Below the pieces are notes generated by a model, which saw nothing but the letters and a program-made list of their open reading frames with translations, was not told the DNA's origin and made no database searches. 64,000 nt of DNA from the NCBI GenBank assembly GCA_024654525.1, contig JANLHI010000032.1, positions 128,172 to 192,171 on the forward strand. The letters are read 5' to 3'. Shown piece by piece: positions 45,731-55,416 of this stretch. Source of the DNA: Patescibacteria group bacterium. Its GTDB lineage: Bacteria; Patescibacteriota; Minisyncoccia; UBA6257; 2-01-FULL-56-20. Numbering within the stretch: position 1 is the stretch's first letter; each line of letters begins with the position of its first letter. The position numbers and the translations under genes were made by a program.

Positions 45731-45841
45731 AGTTAATTAGTATATGAATTAGATACTGCGACTTCCTCATAGTATACCAGATATATACGAGGGTATAAAG
45801 AGGATATAAATGTCTTGCGATGCGGGAGGATATATCGTATT

Positions 45842-46720
45842 ATGGGGGCAATGCGTTTTTGGGAGACCATAAAAAACAGCGTATATTCGCCGGAATTCTA
45901 CCGCACACTACGCGGGAAGAATCTTTCTTTTTCGCTTAAATACTTTTTTTCTTTTGCCGCAGTGGTGGCGGTGGTCACTGCGTCAGTTGTTTCTTTTCGA
46001 ATTATTCCCCAAGCTCAGTTTGCATTTACGGTACTCGGAACGAAAGTAACGAGTTATTTTCCCGAAGAATTGGAAATTGTGATTGCCGAAGGAGAGGCGT
46101 CGGTCAATGTTGCGGAACCGTATCTTGTGAAAACTCCGGATGATTTTTTGCAGAGCACTTCAACCGCGAAATATGAAAATCTTTTTGTAGCGGACACGGT
46201 TTCGCCGCTCTCGGTTGATGTATTCCGTTCTTATAGCACGCTCGTATTGCTCACTAAACACGATTTTATGGTTTCCGGAAATCATGGAGAAGTGCGTGTG
46301 TATCCGCTTGAGGGAATTCCGGATATGAAAATTAACAAGAAATCGGTAACTAATTTTGTGGGAGATTTTATGCCCTTGCTTAAATTCTTGGGGCCGATTA
46401 TCGCGATTTTATCTTTCCTTTTCTTTATGGGATATGCAAGTGTGCAGCTGATATATCTTTTCTTCGGTGCATTGCTGGTGTGGGCATTGCTTTGGCTTAA
46501 GGGAATAAAAGTGGGGTATAGAGAAGCGTATCGCACAGGGATACATGCAATGACCCTCGGTGTTCTTGTGTATTCTCTATCGTTTATCATCCCGATGCAT
46601 ATTGCCGTTCCATTCCTTTTTACGATTCTCATGCTGATAGTGGTTGCGGTAAATTGCAAGAAAGAGGAAGGGGAGCATACGGAACTTTCTGAGATGCCGC
46701 CTGTTTCTTCGGCATCATAA
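45842..46720 (+). CDS. DUF1189-like polytopic membrane protein
   Basis: N-terminal MGAMRFWETIKNSVYSPEFYRTL followed by TM, a soluble loop and 4 C-terminal TM helices. The architecture and N-terminal motif resemble DUF1189. Weak. Confidence 0.35.
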   Translation: MGAMRFWETIKNSVYSPEFYRTLRGKNLSFSLKYFFSFAAVVAVVTASVVSFRIIPQAQFAFTVLGTKVTSYFPEELEIVIAEGEASVNVAEPYLVKTPDDFLQSTSTAKYENLFVADTVSPLSVDVFRSYSTLVLLTKHDFMVSGNHGEVRVYPLEGIPDMKINKKSVTNFVGDFMPLLKFLGPIIAILSFLFFMGYASVQLIYLFFGALLVWALLWLKGIKVGYREAYRTGIHAMTLGVLVYSLSFIIPMHIAVPFLFTILMLIVVAVNCKKEEGEHTELSEMPPVSSAS

Positions 46721-46723
46721 TAT

Positions 46724-47413
46724 ATGAAACATACATTTGGGGAAATTATCGTACTCTCGCTTGGTGGTTCGGTAATATGTCCCGATGATATCAACTCCCG
46801 TTTTATACGGGAGTTTAAATATCTTGTGGAACGATTTGTAAAAAAGGGGATTAAGTTTGTAATTACTCCGGGCGGCGGGGGGGTGTGTCGTGTATATCAA
46901 AAAGCAGCGGGAGAGGTTACGCGAGTTACCGATGATGATAAGGATTGGATTGGGATTCACGCCACGCGATTAAATGCGGCACTTATCCGTACGACATTTC
47001 GGAAGATTGCGAATCCCGTGGTACTCGACTCGCGCGGGAAGATAAAAAAACTTACGTATCCGGTCACGGTTGCGGCGGGATGGCGTCCGGGGTGGTCAAC
47101 CGATTATGTTGCGGCGGCGCTTGCACATGATTTCAGGGCAAAAGAAATGGTGAATATCGGAAAGCCGGCGTTCGTGTATGATAAAAATCCCGATACTCAT
47201 AAAAACGCAAAGCCGATTTATGAAATGACATGGAAGGAGTATCGAACAAAAGCGCCAAAGAAGTGGTCTCCGGGGCTTCATGCTCCCGTAGATCCTGTTG
47301 CCGCGAAATTATGTGAGAAGAGCGCGATCGCAATGTTTGTGGTGGGACCCGATCTCAAAAATCTTTCTTGCTTGCTTGAAGGAAAAGAATTTGAGGGTAC
47401 ATATATTCAGTAG
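46724..47413 (+). CDS. pyrH: UMP kinase (amino-acid-kinase fold, archaeal-type PyrH)
   Basis: IVLSLGGSVI N-terminal glycine-rich motif and VITPGGGGVCRVYQKAAGE. 229 aa, matching the short PyrH form. Confidence 0.55.
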   Translation: MKHTFGEIIVLSLGGSVICPDDINSRFIREFKYLVERFVKKGIKFVITPGGGGVCRVYQKAAGEVTRVTDDDKDWIGIHATRLNAALIRTTFRKIANPVVLDSRGKIKKLTYPVTVAAGWRPGWSTDYVAAALAHDFRAKEMVNIGKPAFVYDKNPDTHKNAKPIYEMTWKEYRTKAPKKWSPGLHAPVDPVAAKLCEKSAIAMFVVGPDLKNLSCLLEGKEFEGTYIQ

Positions 47414-47438
47414 GCGGGGATTTTGGTAAAGTAAAAGT

Positions 47439-48098
47439 ATGATAAAGCGTGCTCGCGAGCATGATGGTGTATCGCGACCTATGGAGAGGGTCGTGGGGCG
47501 TGTTTTTGGAGAGGGAACCGCAAAGCTGGATTATCTTTCTCAACCAACACGGATCGATCGTGTGTTTGAGATAACACTTCTTAAATTAGTGCCACGTCGA
47601 GTAAGTCCGAATCAAATTACCGTATTTCGTTTTGTGGTTACCCCTCTAATCATTATTCTCCTTCTTTCAAAGGCGTATGTGTTAGGGACAATTCTTTTTT
47701 TTCTTGCAGCGTTTTCTGATGCGGTGGATGGTGCGCTTGCCCGAACCACTGATCGTGTAACTCCTTGGGGAATTGTGTTTGATCCTGTGGCGGACAAATT
47801 GCTTATTGGGAGTGTGGCGCTTGTCCTTGTTGTTACAGAAATAGGTGCGGGGCTTGCATGGGCGATGATTGGTATAGAAGCGGCGCTTATCGCGTCGGTA
47901 TATATTCGTTATGGCGGTGCGGTGGTTCCCGCACGCGCTATGGGGAAGATAAAGATGATACTCCAGTGCACGGGGTTAGGGATGCTTTTATTTTATGTAA
48001 ATCTCGGTATTCCTGTGCTTCTTATAATTGCTTCGTGGATTCTTTACGCTTCGCTTGTGTTCGCATTACTTTCGCTTTTTGCATACCGATCAGTGTGA
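47439..48098 (+). CDS. CDP-alcohol phosphatidyltransferase family protein
   Basis: [27 protein letters not shown] matches D-G-x2-A-R-x8-G-x3-D-x3-D. Multiple TM helices. The true start may be an internal Met. Confidence 0.65.
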   Translation: MIKRAREHDGVSRPMERVVGRVFGEGTAKLDYLSQPTRIDRVFEITLLKLVPRRVSPNQITVFRFVVTPLIIILLLSKAYVLGTILFFLAAFSDAVDGALARTTDRVTPWGIVFDPVADKLLIGSVALVLVVTEIGAGLAWAMIGIEAALIASVYIRYGGAVVPARAMGKIKMILQCTGLGMLLFYVNLGIPVLLIIASWILYASLVFALLSLFAYRSV

Positions 48099-48201
48099 TT
48101 GTTTTTCGCGGTGCGGTTGAAACAAGAGGAGTTCGAGAGTACAATCATCGCGGATTGGTAGGGAGCAGGTGGCATATAAAAAGCAGAGGATAAACAATAA
48201 T

Positions 48202-48288
48202 GGAGAGGTGCGTGAGTGGTTGAAACGGCAGTCCTGGAAAGACTGTGTACTGGAAACGGTATCGAGGGTTCGAATCCCTCCCTCTCCG
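48202..48288 (+). tRNA. tRNA-Ser (anticodon GGA), class II with long variable arm
   Basis: GGAGAGG...acceptor pairs with CCTCTCC. D-arm GTGCGTGAGTGGTTGAAACGGC. Anticodon stem-loop CAGTC-CTGGAAA-GACTG (GGA). Long variable arm TGTGTACTGGAAACGGTATC. T-arm GAGGGTTCGAATCCCTC. Discriminator G, then CC. Confidence 0.85.
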
Positions 48289-48368
48289 CCTTCGCCTCGC
48301 TGAAGCTCGGCTTCGGCGGACGCAGTCCGCAATAAGACGAGCGAAAGCGGGAAGTAATTTATTTTTTT

Positions 48369-48617
48369 ATGTACTACGTATATACATTAAAATGTGTTGA
48401 TAAACATTTGTATACAGGTTGTACAGAAAATATAGAAGAACGATTTAATCGCCATAATTCTGGCCATGTTCCAGCTACAGCCGGAAGACTGCCGGTAGAA
48501 TTAATTACGTACACAGTATTCAAAAATAAATATAAAGCATTTGAATTTGAAAAGTATCTGAAGTCAGGATCAGGTCGAGCTTTTATGAATAAACATTTAA
48601 TCGATGACAATATCTAA
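48369..48617 (+). CDS. GIY-YIG nuclease domain protein (UPF0213/YhbQ-like, 82 aa)
   Basis: [31 protein letters not shown] gives the GIY...YIG motifs with the conserved Arg/His and Asn. The region is AT-rich and sits directly 3' of tRNA-Ser. Confidence 0.6.
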   Translation: MYYVYTLKCVDKHLYTGCTENIEERFNRHNSGHVPATAGRLPVELITYTVFKNKYKAFEFEKYLKSGSGRAFMNKHLIDDNI

Positions 48618-48656
48618 TAAAATGTAAGAACCCTGAAGGGATTTGAACTATCTACA

Positions 48657-49184
48657 ATGAATTATTTATATCATTCCGTACCAAAAGATTTGCAGGGCAA
48701 TATTTTATACCCACTTAATGTGTTGAAAGAAAAATATCCTGAGATATATGCACAGCAAGTGAGTAAATATATTGGTCGTGAACATATAATTCAGCAACAA
48801 ATTCCAGTACTAGATTGTTTATGGAATGACGTTTTGCATTTCTCTGCTATCAATCCGATAGAGATTAAGCAAGCCCTCATCGAAGCTGGACATAAAGATA
48901 TCACGATGAACTACTATCAGGTTGATCCGAAATTGATCGACACAAAAAATACAATCGTATACCTATATGCTCACACCGACAATAAGGACAAAATGAATGA
49001 AGCAAATTTTGCTCCGTATGATCCCAAAGAAGTGCAACAATTTGCTGTTATGCCACAAATGACTAAGGATTATTATAGGGAAATGATCAGTAAAGGAGAG
49101 CGACCTCTGCTATACCATCGGGTTCCGCATATTCTATACAAAGGAGATCTTAATATAACAGGTCTTCCTGTTATTGCAGTTTAA
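48657..49184 (+). CDS. hypothetical protein
   Basis: 175 aa with no recognisable motif. AT-rich codon usage like its neighbours. Confidence 0.35.
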   Translation: MNYLYHSVPKDLQGNILYPLNVLKEKYPEIYAQQVSKYIGREHIIQQQIPVLDCLWNDVLHFSAINPIEIKQALIEAGHKDITMNYYQVDPKLIDTKNTIVYLYAHTDNKDKMNEANFAPYDPKEVQQFAVMPQMTKDYYREMISKGERPLLYHRVPHILYKGDLNITGLPVIAV

Positions 49185-49371
49185 TTTTATGAATTCCATG
49201 ACAAAACCTAAAACTATTAAAAAGAACCTCGGTATCTCGCCAGAATGTCTGGCGGAACTACGTCGCGCGACTCTCATAGCTTCTGCCGGCTCATCCACTC
49301 GTCTTGAAGGCTCAAAGCTGTCTGATAAGGAAGTAGCGCAAGTGGCTAATATTGTTTTTGGGAAAAAATAG
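49174..49371 (+). pseudogene. Fic-family N-terminal fragment (no Fic core motif)
   Basis: ...ELRRATLIASAGSSTRLEGSKLSDKEVAQV matches the conserved N-terminal S-x-x-IEGN-x-LT-x-x-EV region of Fic/Doc proteins. The ORF ends after 65 aa with no HPFx[D/E]GNGR motif. Confidence 0.35.
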
Positions 49372-49790
49372 GAATATCAAATAGGGCCGGATTTTCTTTG
49401 TAGATTCGCCTTAAATCTCGTACAATTTTATCAACACTCCTGAAATCAAGCCGTTTCGATTCTAATTTCGGGACATCGTCTCCGCCAAAATTCGGAATCA
49501 GAAGAAACGGACTGCGGATGTCGAAAAAGAAATTGCTTACTGTAAAGAAAATAACATTCCTTATAAAGCAATCAGAGATGGCGAGGTAGTTATTCTCGAT
49601 TAGATATGGCAAAAACGAAAAACATTAAGAAAAAGAAAAGAGAGTTCCTGTTGCGGCGGCGATTCAGACAAAAAGCGCTGTGACGGCGGAACGTGCGACA
49701 GCACTCCGGCGGCAAAGTGATTTTTTCACTCGGAAATGACACAAAAAATGCCGCAAGGCGCTTTTTGTTTGTACGGACTCACGTTATACT

Positions 49791-50126
49791 GTGTGCATGC
49801 AAACTCGCGGTGTACTCACCACAGTGTCAATTTGCCTCGTTCTTTTCTTGTGTATTCTCCTGTTTTCGGAAAATCCCTTACTTCTCTTCTGCATTTTTGC
49901 GGGTGGAAGTATCGCCCTTCTCGCACTGGATACGCGTGAGTGGCGACTATTTACCCTCGCGATTATCACCGCACTCATTGTCGAACCGTTTGTAGTGCGC
50001 TCCGGAGTGTGGACGTATAAGATAGGGTTTGATTTTCTCGGCGTACCCCTTTGGATTTTCCTTGTATGGGGTGTTGTCGCCGTGAGTTTTTATCGCGTAG
50101 GCAGAGGACTTCGTTCAGCATCATGA
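49791..50126 (+). CDS. hypothetical small membrane protein
   Basis: 111 aa with 3-4 hydrophobic helices. Its stop overlaps (ATGA) the duplicated monooxygenase start fragment. Confidence 0.3.
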   Translation: MCMQTRGVLTTVSICLVLFLCILLFSENPLLLFCIFAGGSIALLALDTREWRLFTLAIITALIVEPFVVRSGVWTYKIGFDFLGVPLWIFLVWGVVAVSFYRVGRGLRSAS

Positions 50127-50155
50127 AAGTACTTGTCGTCGGAGGGGGACTCGCG
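50119..50155 (+). repeat. duplicated copy of the FAD-monooxygenase gene start (remnant MKVLVVGGGLA...)
   Basis: catcatgaaagtacttgtcgtcggagggggactcgcg matches 51772-51817, where a 9-nt ataggggga is inserted between two ggggga units. It encodes a 35-aa truncated ORF. Confidence 0.7.
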
Positions 50156-50453
50156 ACAACCATGATTTTCTATAAAAATATGAAAATCATTTTTATACAT
50201 GGCAAAGATGCCGATCTGAGCATGAAGTGATACCCGTGGTTCGGGGAGGAAGTGAAAAATATGGGATACGAATTTGCGGCACCGGTGTTGCCTCATTCTG
50301 CTCCGGAGTTATTGAAAGAAATTATAAGTTAGAAATTTTCGGAACTTATTGGGAGGGTTGCGTGAGATTTGGCTTTGTGGTTTGCTGTAGCTTGGTGGGA
50401 TTTTAAGAATTTAATAAGGAATTGATTTTTCTGATTATTATGAAAGGAATTAT

Positions 50454-51119
50454 ATGACAACGTCAATACGAAAGAGTAATTTGCCGGATAATAGTATTTG
50501 GCGAGGGCGTTCGATGGATGACTATTATGATGAAGAGCTGGTTGCGGCGAACTTTCTGACGGGAAATGGAGTAAGTCGTGCAATTTCTCTTATTTATGAC
50601 GACCCGGAATTACGAGGGTTGCCTTGGGATTCTCCTGATGGACTCACATTATTTGTCCCGCATGAGAGTATTGATTTATTGCGCCGCAAAGGACTCGAAT
50701 TCACATTGTCCGATTTGAAGGATCAGGAGTTCATTATGGAAAATCCTCCTCAGGCGCGCGTGGAATCAAAAACGCGAGTTACGTTTTTCCTTCCATCGAA
50801 GATGCCTGGCGAGAAGATTGCGATACTTGCGCTCCAACGACATCTCGAAAAACAACATTTAAACAAAGATTTGCGGGTTACCGGATACACTCGGAGCAAT
50901 ATTCGTTCGCCGTCACTTCAGGGATCTTGGTATGACGATGGATGGTGTAGAGATTCGGTAATCATGTTTGTTATTGATTATCCCTGCGAATCCCATGACC
51001 CATCTCTTGATAGGCAACTAAAGCGTTTGCGAAGAGTCGTGCAATTCTTTTATTGGAAAGTAAAAAGACCTCAACGAGCTGTTTGGATTATCACCCAAAC
51101 CGCTAGGTGCTATGTTTAG
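50454..51119 (+). CDS. hypothetical protein
   Basis: 221 aa, no recognisable motifs. Lies in the segment between the duplicated monooxygenase starts. Confidence 0.35.
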   Translation: MTTSIRKSNLPDNSIWRGRSMDDYYDEELVAANFLTGNGVSRAISLIYDDPELRGLPWDSPDGLTLFVPHESIDLLRRKGLEFTLSDLKDQEFIMENPPQARVESKTRVTFFLPSKMPGEKIAILALQRHLEKQHLNKDLRVTGYTRSNIRSPSLQGSWYDDGWCRDSVIMFVIDYPCESHDPSLDRQLKRLRRVVQFFYWKVKRPQRAVWIITQTARCYV

Positions 51120-51293
51120 TGCTTAATGATGGCGATGTGATGCAAGCCGCCCCGAAACAGGAGCGGTCTTTTTTTGGAGTAGGATATGGATTGCCTTGTT
51201 TCTCATAATATATTTTTAAATAATGGCTGACTGTGCGGTATGCGCCGCGAGAATTCTCGAGTTACGCAAGCGTTGGTATGATAGAGTTACACT

Positions 51294-51779
51294 ATGACTC
51301 GCGAGGATACCTATTCCGCACTGGTGCGCAAGGAGAGTACACAGGTGTTTCTTTTTACGTCTCCTACGAATTTGCCGTTTAGTTTCGCGTCCCATCCATG
51401 GTTTGTCATCAATACACACGGTGTTCTTTCGCGGTGGGAAGTGCTTTTTAGGAAAACCGATTGGAAAACAAGCTGGGGACATTTGCACAAGGATTTTTTC
51501 CGTCCGTTTCAGGGGATTGAAGTGTTCCCGTATATCGAGGGTTTATTCTGGAATGCAAAGTTGCTAAAAGAAGTGGAGGGAGATGTTGCGTTGCGGATGG
51601 CAGAGTATATTGAAAGTTCTCCTGATATGTATCCATACAACACTCGTTACTTTTTAACCGGTCCGAACAGCAACACTTATACCCAGTGGGTTCTCAATCA
51701 TTTTCCCGAGCTGGACGTTACGCTCCCTTGGAATTCTTTCGGAAAAGGATATGCAATAAAAAACTCAATCACATCATGA
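51294..51779 (+). CDS. hypothetical protein
   Basis: 161 aa. Its stop overlaps the monooxygenase start (ATGA). Confidence 0.35.
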   Translation: MTREDTYSALVRKESTQVFLFTSPTNLPFSFASHPWFVINTHGVLSRWEVLFRKTDWKTSWGHLHKDFFRPFQGIEVFPYIEGLFWNAKLLKEVEGDVALRMAEYIESSPDMYPYNTRYFLTGPNSNTYTQWVLNHFPELDVTLPWNSFGKGYAIKNSITS

Positions 51780-51817
51780 AAGTACTTGTCGTCGGAGGGG
51801 GAATAGGGGGACTCGCG
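51772..51817 (+). repeat. second copy of the duplicated segment (authentic monooxygenase start)
   Basis: See 50119-50155. Confidence 0.7.
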
Positions 51818-52930
51818 GTGGCCGTGCTTCTGGAGCGGCGCGGGATTGACGTGACCCTCGTCGAGCAGGCTCCCGAATTCAGGCATATTGGTTTCGGGAT
51901 GACGATTTTTAGCAATGGCCGGAAAGTGCTTCGCGAGCTCGGTCTCGGCGATGAAGTCAGTAGGCACGGCTACAAAGTTCCGTGGATTATGAGTGCCGAC
52001 CCGAACGGGCGCGTTATCGGAGAACGCATCAACTTTAGTTCCGATCTCGCCAAATTCGGAGAGCCATCGGTGACGATAGCGCGCGCGGTGCTTCATGATG
52101 CGCTTGTCAAAAGCCTTTTACGCACCAAGCTTCGTCTCGGAACGAAAATAGAAACATTCAAAAATACGGCGAAGGGCGTTTTAGTGACGTTGCACAGCGG
52201 CGAGAAAGAGGAGTTCGACCTTCTTGTTGCCGCAGACGGGATTCACTCGCATATACGGGAAACGATCTTCGGTCGCGGCGAATCGAAGTTCTATGGCTGG
52301 TCACTCCGCTTTTTCTGGGCTCCGAAGGATGTTCCCGTGTTGCATGGTGCGCTCTGTCTCACTAAGGAAAAAATCACCCTCGCGATCTACCCACTTAAGG
52401 GCAAAAGTTGCGTGGGCATCTACGAATACAATCCGAAGCGGGACAAACACCAGCCGCTCGATTTGCATGATTTCCTTCCGTACCTCTCGCGTCACGGATG
52501 GACGCATGAGGACATCGCGCAGGTGGAGAAGGAAGCCCGTGAAGGTCATCAATACTACGACCACCTCCGCCACGTTTCGCTCGGCAAATGGTATAAAAAG
52601 CGAGTTGTGCTTCTCGGTGACGCGCGTCATGGATTTTCGCCCATCACCGGCATGGGGGCCTCGATGGCGCTTGAAGACGCATTCGTCCTTGCCGACGAGC
52701 TTGCCAAAGTTGAAAGCACACACCTAGATGTCGCACTCAAGAATTACTCAAGGAGACGAACATTTCATTTAAAAAAAATGGTAGCACTGTGTAAAATGGG
52801 GGAGCGCTTCTTTTTTATCACCAATCGTTTCCAGCGGTGGATACGCAACCTCGTGTCCACTCTGTTTACGCGTCCCATTTTGAGTCAAATCAAGAAAAAA
52901 TTGGAAGAAGTCGTGAATACTCCTCTGTAA
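51776..52930 (+). CDS. FAD-dependent monooxygenase (UbiH/salicylate hydroxylase-like)
   Basis: MKVLVVGGGIGGLAVAVLLERRGIDVTLVEQ (GxGxxG FAD site), ...LLVAADGIHSHIR (DG motif) and VVLLGDARHGFSPITGMGASMALEDA (GD motif). Start at ATG 51776; the track ORF extends upstream from an alternative start. Confidence 0.7.
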   Translation: MKVLVVGGGIGGLAVAVLLERRGIDVTLVEQAPEFRHIGFGMTIFSNGRKVLRELGLGDEVSRHGYKVPWIMSADPNGRVIGERINFSSDLAKFGEPSVTIARAVLHDALVKSLLRTKLRLGTKIETFKNTAKGVLVTLHSGEKEEFDLLVAADGIHSHIRETIFGRGESKFYGWSLRFFWAPKDVPVLHGALCLTKEKITLAIYPLKGKSCVGIYEYNPKRDKHQPLDLHDFLPYLSRHGWTHEDIAQVEKEAREGHQYYDHLRHVSLGKWYKKRVVLLGDARHGFSPITGMGASMALEDAFVLADELAKVESTHLDVALKNYSRRRTFHLKKMVALCKMGERFFFITNRFQRWIRNLVSTLFTRPILSQIKKKLEEVVNTPL

Positions 52931-52980
52931 CAAAACAAGACGTGAACGCCATTATCCCATTATTCATTTTGTAATCATTT

Positions 52981-53376
52981 ATGACCTACGGAATGCCAAA
53001 TTTTTTTTATTGCAGAACAGAACCGTGGCGTTTTGAAGATGTGCTTGATTTTATTCGCTCAAACTTTGAAGTAAGGGGAAATTTTGCATTCCGTGTGGGC
53101 AACAAGTCCAATACCGCCGATGAAAACCAACGTGCAGGCTTGGTTGTGGCATACGCGCAACTCATGGACTATACTTTTAATCAAGTGAAGGCATTATTTT
53201 CTGAACATGATCATTTTGCTATTGCCATGCCAGAAACTAGACAAGGACGAAATATCTCGGAATTAAACAAGATTTTTGCGGACTTATTACAAAAAGGTAA
53301 TAGCATGGATGCGAAGATAAATGATTTCCCAGAGTTATTCGATATTCCGAAGGACGTTCTGACCATAAAGGAATAA
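52981..53376 (+). CDS. hypothetical protein
   Basis: 131 aa, no recognisable motif. Confidence 0.3.
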   Translation: MTYGMPNFFYCRTEPWRFEDVLDFIRSNFEVRGNFAFRVGNKSNTADENQRAGLVVAYAQLMDYTFNQVKALFSEHDHFAIAMPETRQGRNISELNKIFADLLQKGNSMDAKINDFPELFDIPKDVLTIKE

Positions 53377-53583
53377 AATTTATATCCGAGAATATGGCAT
53401 ATCCGGTTCCGCTTTGCTTCAGGGATAACGGATACAGTCATTATTTTATCCGAAAAAATGGTGAAATTATTATGACATATGAAAATACAAACAATGGCGG
53501 CGTCCCTATTTCCTGCTTATCATTATCAAGTTTGAATCTTACTATTTTGTCGATGTATCTATTATTAGTTATGGAATTTAGAT

Positions 53584-53886
53584 ATGAAATTCAATCTTGA
53601 TTCCCTATGCAAGACCATCACGAAACCGTGGACTCCGGTAGATGTGGCAGTGTGTGACGACAAAGTTCTGCGAGTTGCATTGTTTGAGGGAGAATATCAT
53701 AAACACTCGCATGAGTACGATGAATTTTTTATGGTGCATCGGGGCGCGATTACTATTTGGACGGAGAAGGGGACTATTGAGCTCGAAGAAGGGGAAGGGT
53801 ACACGGTTCCCAAGAATACGAAACACAAACCAAGTGCCAAAACGCCCTCATATGTGTTGATGGTTGATTCGGAAGCAGACAAATAA
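53584..53886 (+). CDS. cupin domain protein
   Basis: 100 aa. GEYHKHSHEYDEFFMVHRGAITIWTEKGTIELEEGEGYTVPKNTKHK gives the two cupin motifs (G(x)5HxH... and G(x)5PxGxxH-like). Confidence 0.5.
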   Translation: MKFNLDSLCKTITKPWTPVDVAVCDDKVLRVALFEGEYHKHSHEYDEFFMVHRGAITIWTEKGTIELEEGEGYTVPKNTKHKPSAKTPSYVLMVDSEADK

Positions 53887-53914
53887 AACTTCTCAAACTA
53901 CTATTCAAGGAGTT

Positions 53915-54505
53915 TTATACAGGATTGTATAACAACTTCAGCTTTTCGAGTCCGCGGTGCAGCTGCACGGCAAGTGTGTTTTTTGTTTGTCCGGTGATGA
54001 GAGACATCTCTTTAAGCGACAAATCTTGTGTGTACCGCATGCGCATCACTTTTCTGTATTTCTCGGGCAGGCGTTGCATCAAAAGAAGCCCGGCTTTTCC
54101 ATCTAAAATATTAAGAAGGCGCCCCGGGTCTCCCGCGCTTGGTTCGAATCCTTTTTCGAGAAGAACATCGAGCGAGGTGGCGGTGCGTTTCCGGTATTGG
54201 TCGACAATCAAATTGTTAAGGACGTGATAGAGGAACGCTTTCATAAGATCTATTTTTCCGCCTTTCACAAGATACATCCATGTTTTTGTAAACGTGTCTT
54301 GTACCAAATCCCTGCCCATCGCACGGTCGCTCACCTTGAAGAATGCATGCGCATTAAGCCCCTTCTCGTAGTCGTGGTGTGCTTGGGTAAGTATCCTTTG
54401 CCGTTGTGTGTTTTGTTTTGGAGTCATTACGTGTATATGCCGTTCGCGCACCTTTTCCATTACATGGGTATTACCGCAGTATTGTAATAACGAGGATTGC
54501 TTCAT
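53915..54505 (-). CDS. RNA polymerase sigma factor, ECF (sigma-70 group 4) family
   Basis: Region 2 (DLVQDTFTKTWMYL...DQYRKR) and region 4 (LPEKYRKVMRMRYTQDLSLKEMSLITGQTKNTLAVQLHRGLEKLK). The true start is possibly an internal Met (about 170 aa). Confidence 0.7.
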   Translation of the reverse strand: MKQSSLLQYCGNTHVMEKVRERHIHVMTPKQNTQRQRILTQAHHDYEKGLNAHAFFKVSDRAMGRDLVQDTFTKTWMYLVKGGKIDLMKAFLYHVLNNLIVDQYRKRTATSLDVLLEKGFEPSAGDPGRLLNILDGKAGLLLMQRLPEKYRKVMRMRYTQDLSLKEMSLITGQTKNTLAVQLHRGLEKLKLLYNPV

Positions 54506-54784
54506 ATCCCAGCGGTCTATATGTGGCTGGATGTAACGGTATTACATTACACCGGCATTACGACAATTGTGCGCAGAGGAGGACTGACGAGAATCTAAAA
54601 ATACCACGTTTTATGTCTTATGGCAAGGAATGTGTGATGAGAAAAGTGTATGCATTCTTTGTCTTTGGAATCATTCCGCACTTTTGCAATAATTCAGGAT
54701 TTCCGGCGGCATTATTCACATATGACGCAGAACAACAAAGTGGGTGTACGGAAAAATATAAATGTGTGGAGAGTTTCTAAAATC

Positions 54785-55198
54785 ATGATGGTTTCGATTG
54801 TGCCAATTTTTTTGCTGGGTCTTTTTTGGTACCAAGCGTATGCGCAGTCCTCTGTGCGCCACCCCGATGCATATGTGAAAGAAAGCGCGGTGTCGGACAT
54901 ACCTTCTCAGAAAAAAACAACAATGTTTGAAATCCACATTGCGAGTAATGGTGCGATGTTTTTACAGGGCGCTCGGGTAATTTCAATTACAAGCGATGGT
55001 ATGCATGTCATTACCGAATGGGATTCGGGGGATTTCACGTGGGGGGTTCAGACTAATTTTTTTACAAAATTTACAACATCAAAAGGTGAGAAGATGACAT
55101 CCGAAAGTATACACGTGGGTGATGTGCTCACGGTCAGTGGAAAATTAATCAAAGGAGGAAGTAGCCCGATTATTGCTGCGGATTTTGTGAGGGAATAG
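54785..55198 (+). CDS. hypothetical secreted/membrane-anchored protein downstream of ECF sigma (possible anti-sigma or regulon member)
   Basis: Start at ATG 54785 gives MMVSIVPIFLLGLFWYQAYAQSS..., a signal-anchor, and a ~110-aa soluble domain. Anti-sigma function is a guess from position only. Confidence 0.3.
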   Translation: MMVSIVPIFLLGLFWYQAYAQSSVRHPDAYVKESAVSDIPSQKKTTMFEIHIASNGAMFLQGARVISITSDGMHVITEWDSGDFTWGVQTNFFTKFTTSKGEKMTSESIHVGDVLTVSGKLIKGGSSPIIAADFVRE

Positions 55199-55416
55199 GA
55201 AAGTTATTGCATTTGGCATCTCCTCCATTTGCAATCCGCTCGTTAATTGTAATCATTGCAACTCTCGAGCGGCTTTTTCCCAATGGCAATTACCATCCAA
55301 ATTATCAGGTAATTCCTCAAAAATAAGACCGAATCAACCCCGAGAGCCGCAGTCAAGTTAGGAAAATATGACAATAGAGACTAAGCTGATAAGCAGACAG
55401 CTATCCAAAGAAAATC

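Noticed and set aside
48289-48340. Hairpin gcggac-gca-gtccgc after tRNA-Ser as a terminator
   Set aside because: The stem is perfect but short, and it is not followed by a T-run. Possibly a processing element, but not callable.
54506-54650. ECF-sigma autoregulatory promoter upstream of the sigma gene
   Set aside because: Direct GTAATG repeats are present on the relevant strand, but no convincing GGAAC-N16-CGTCT-type ECF promoter could be identified by eye. Not called.
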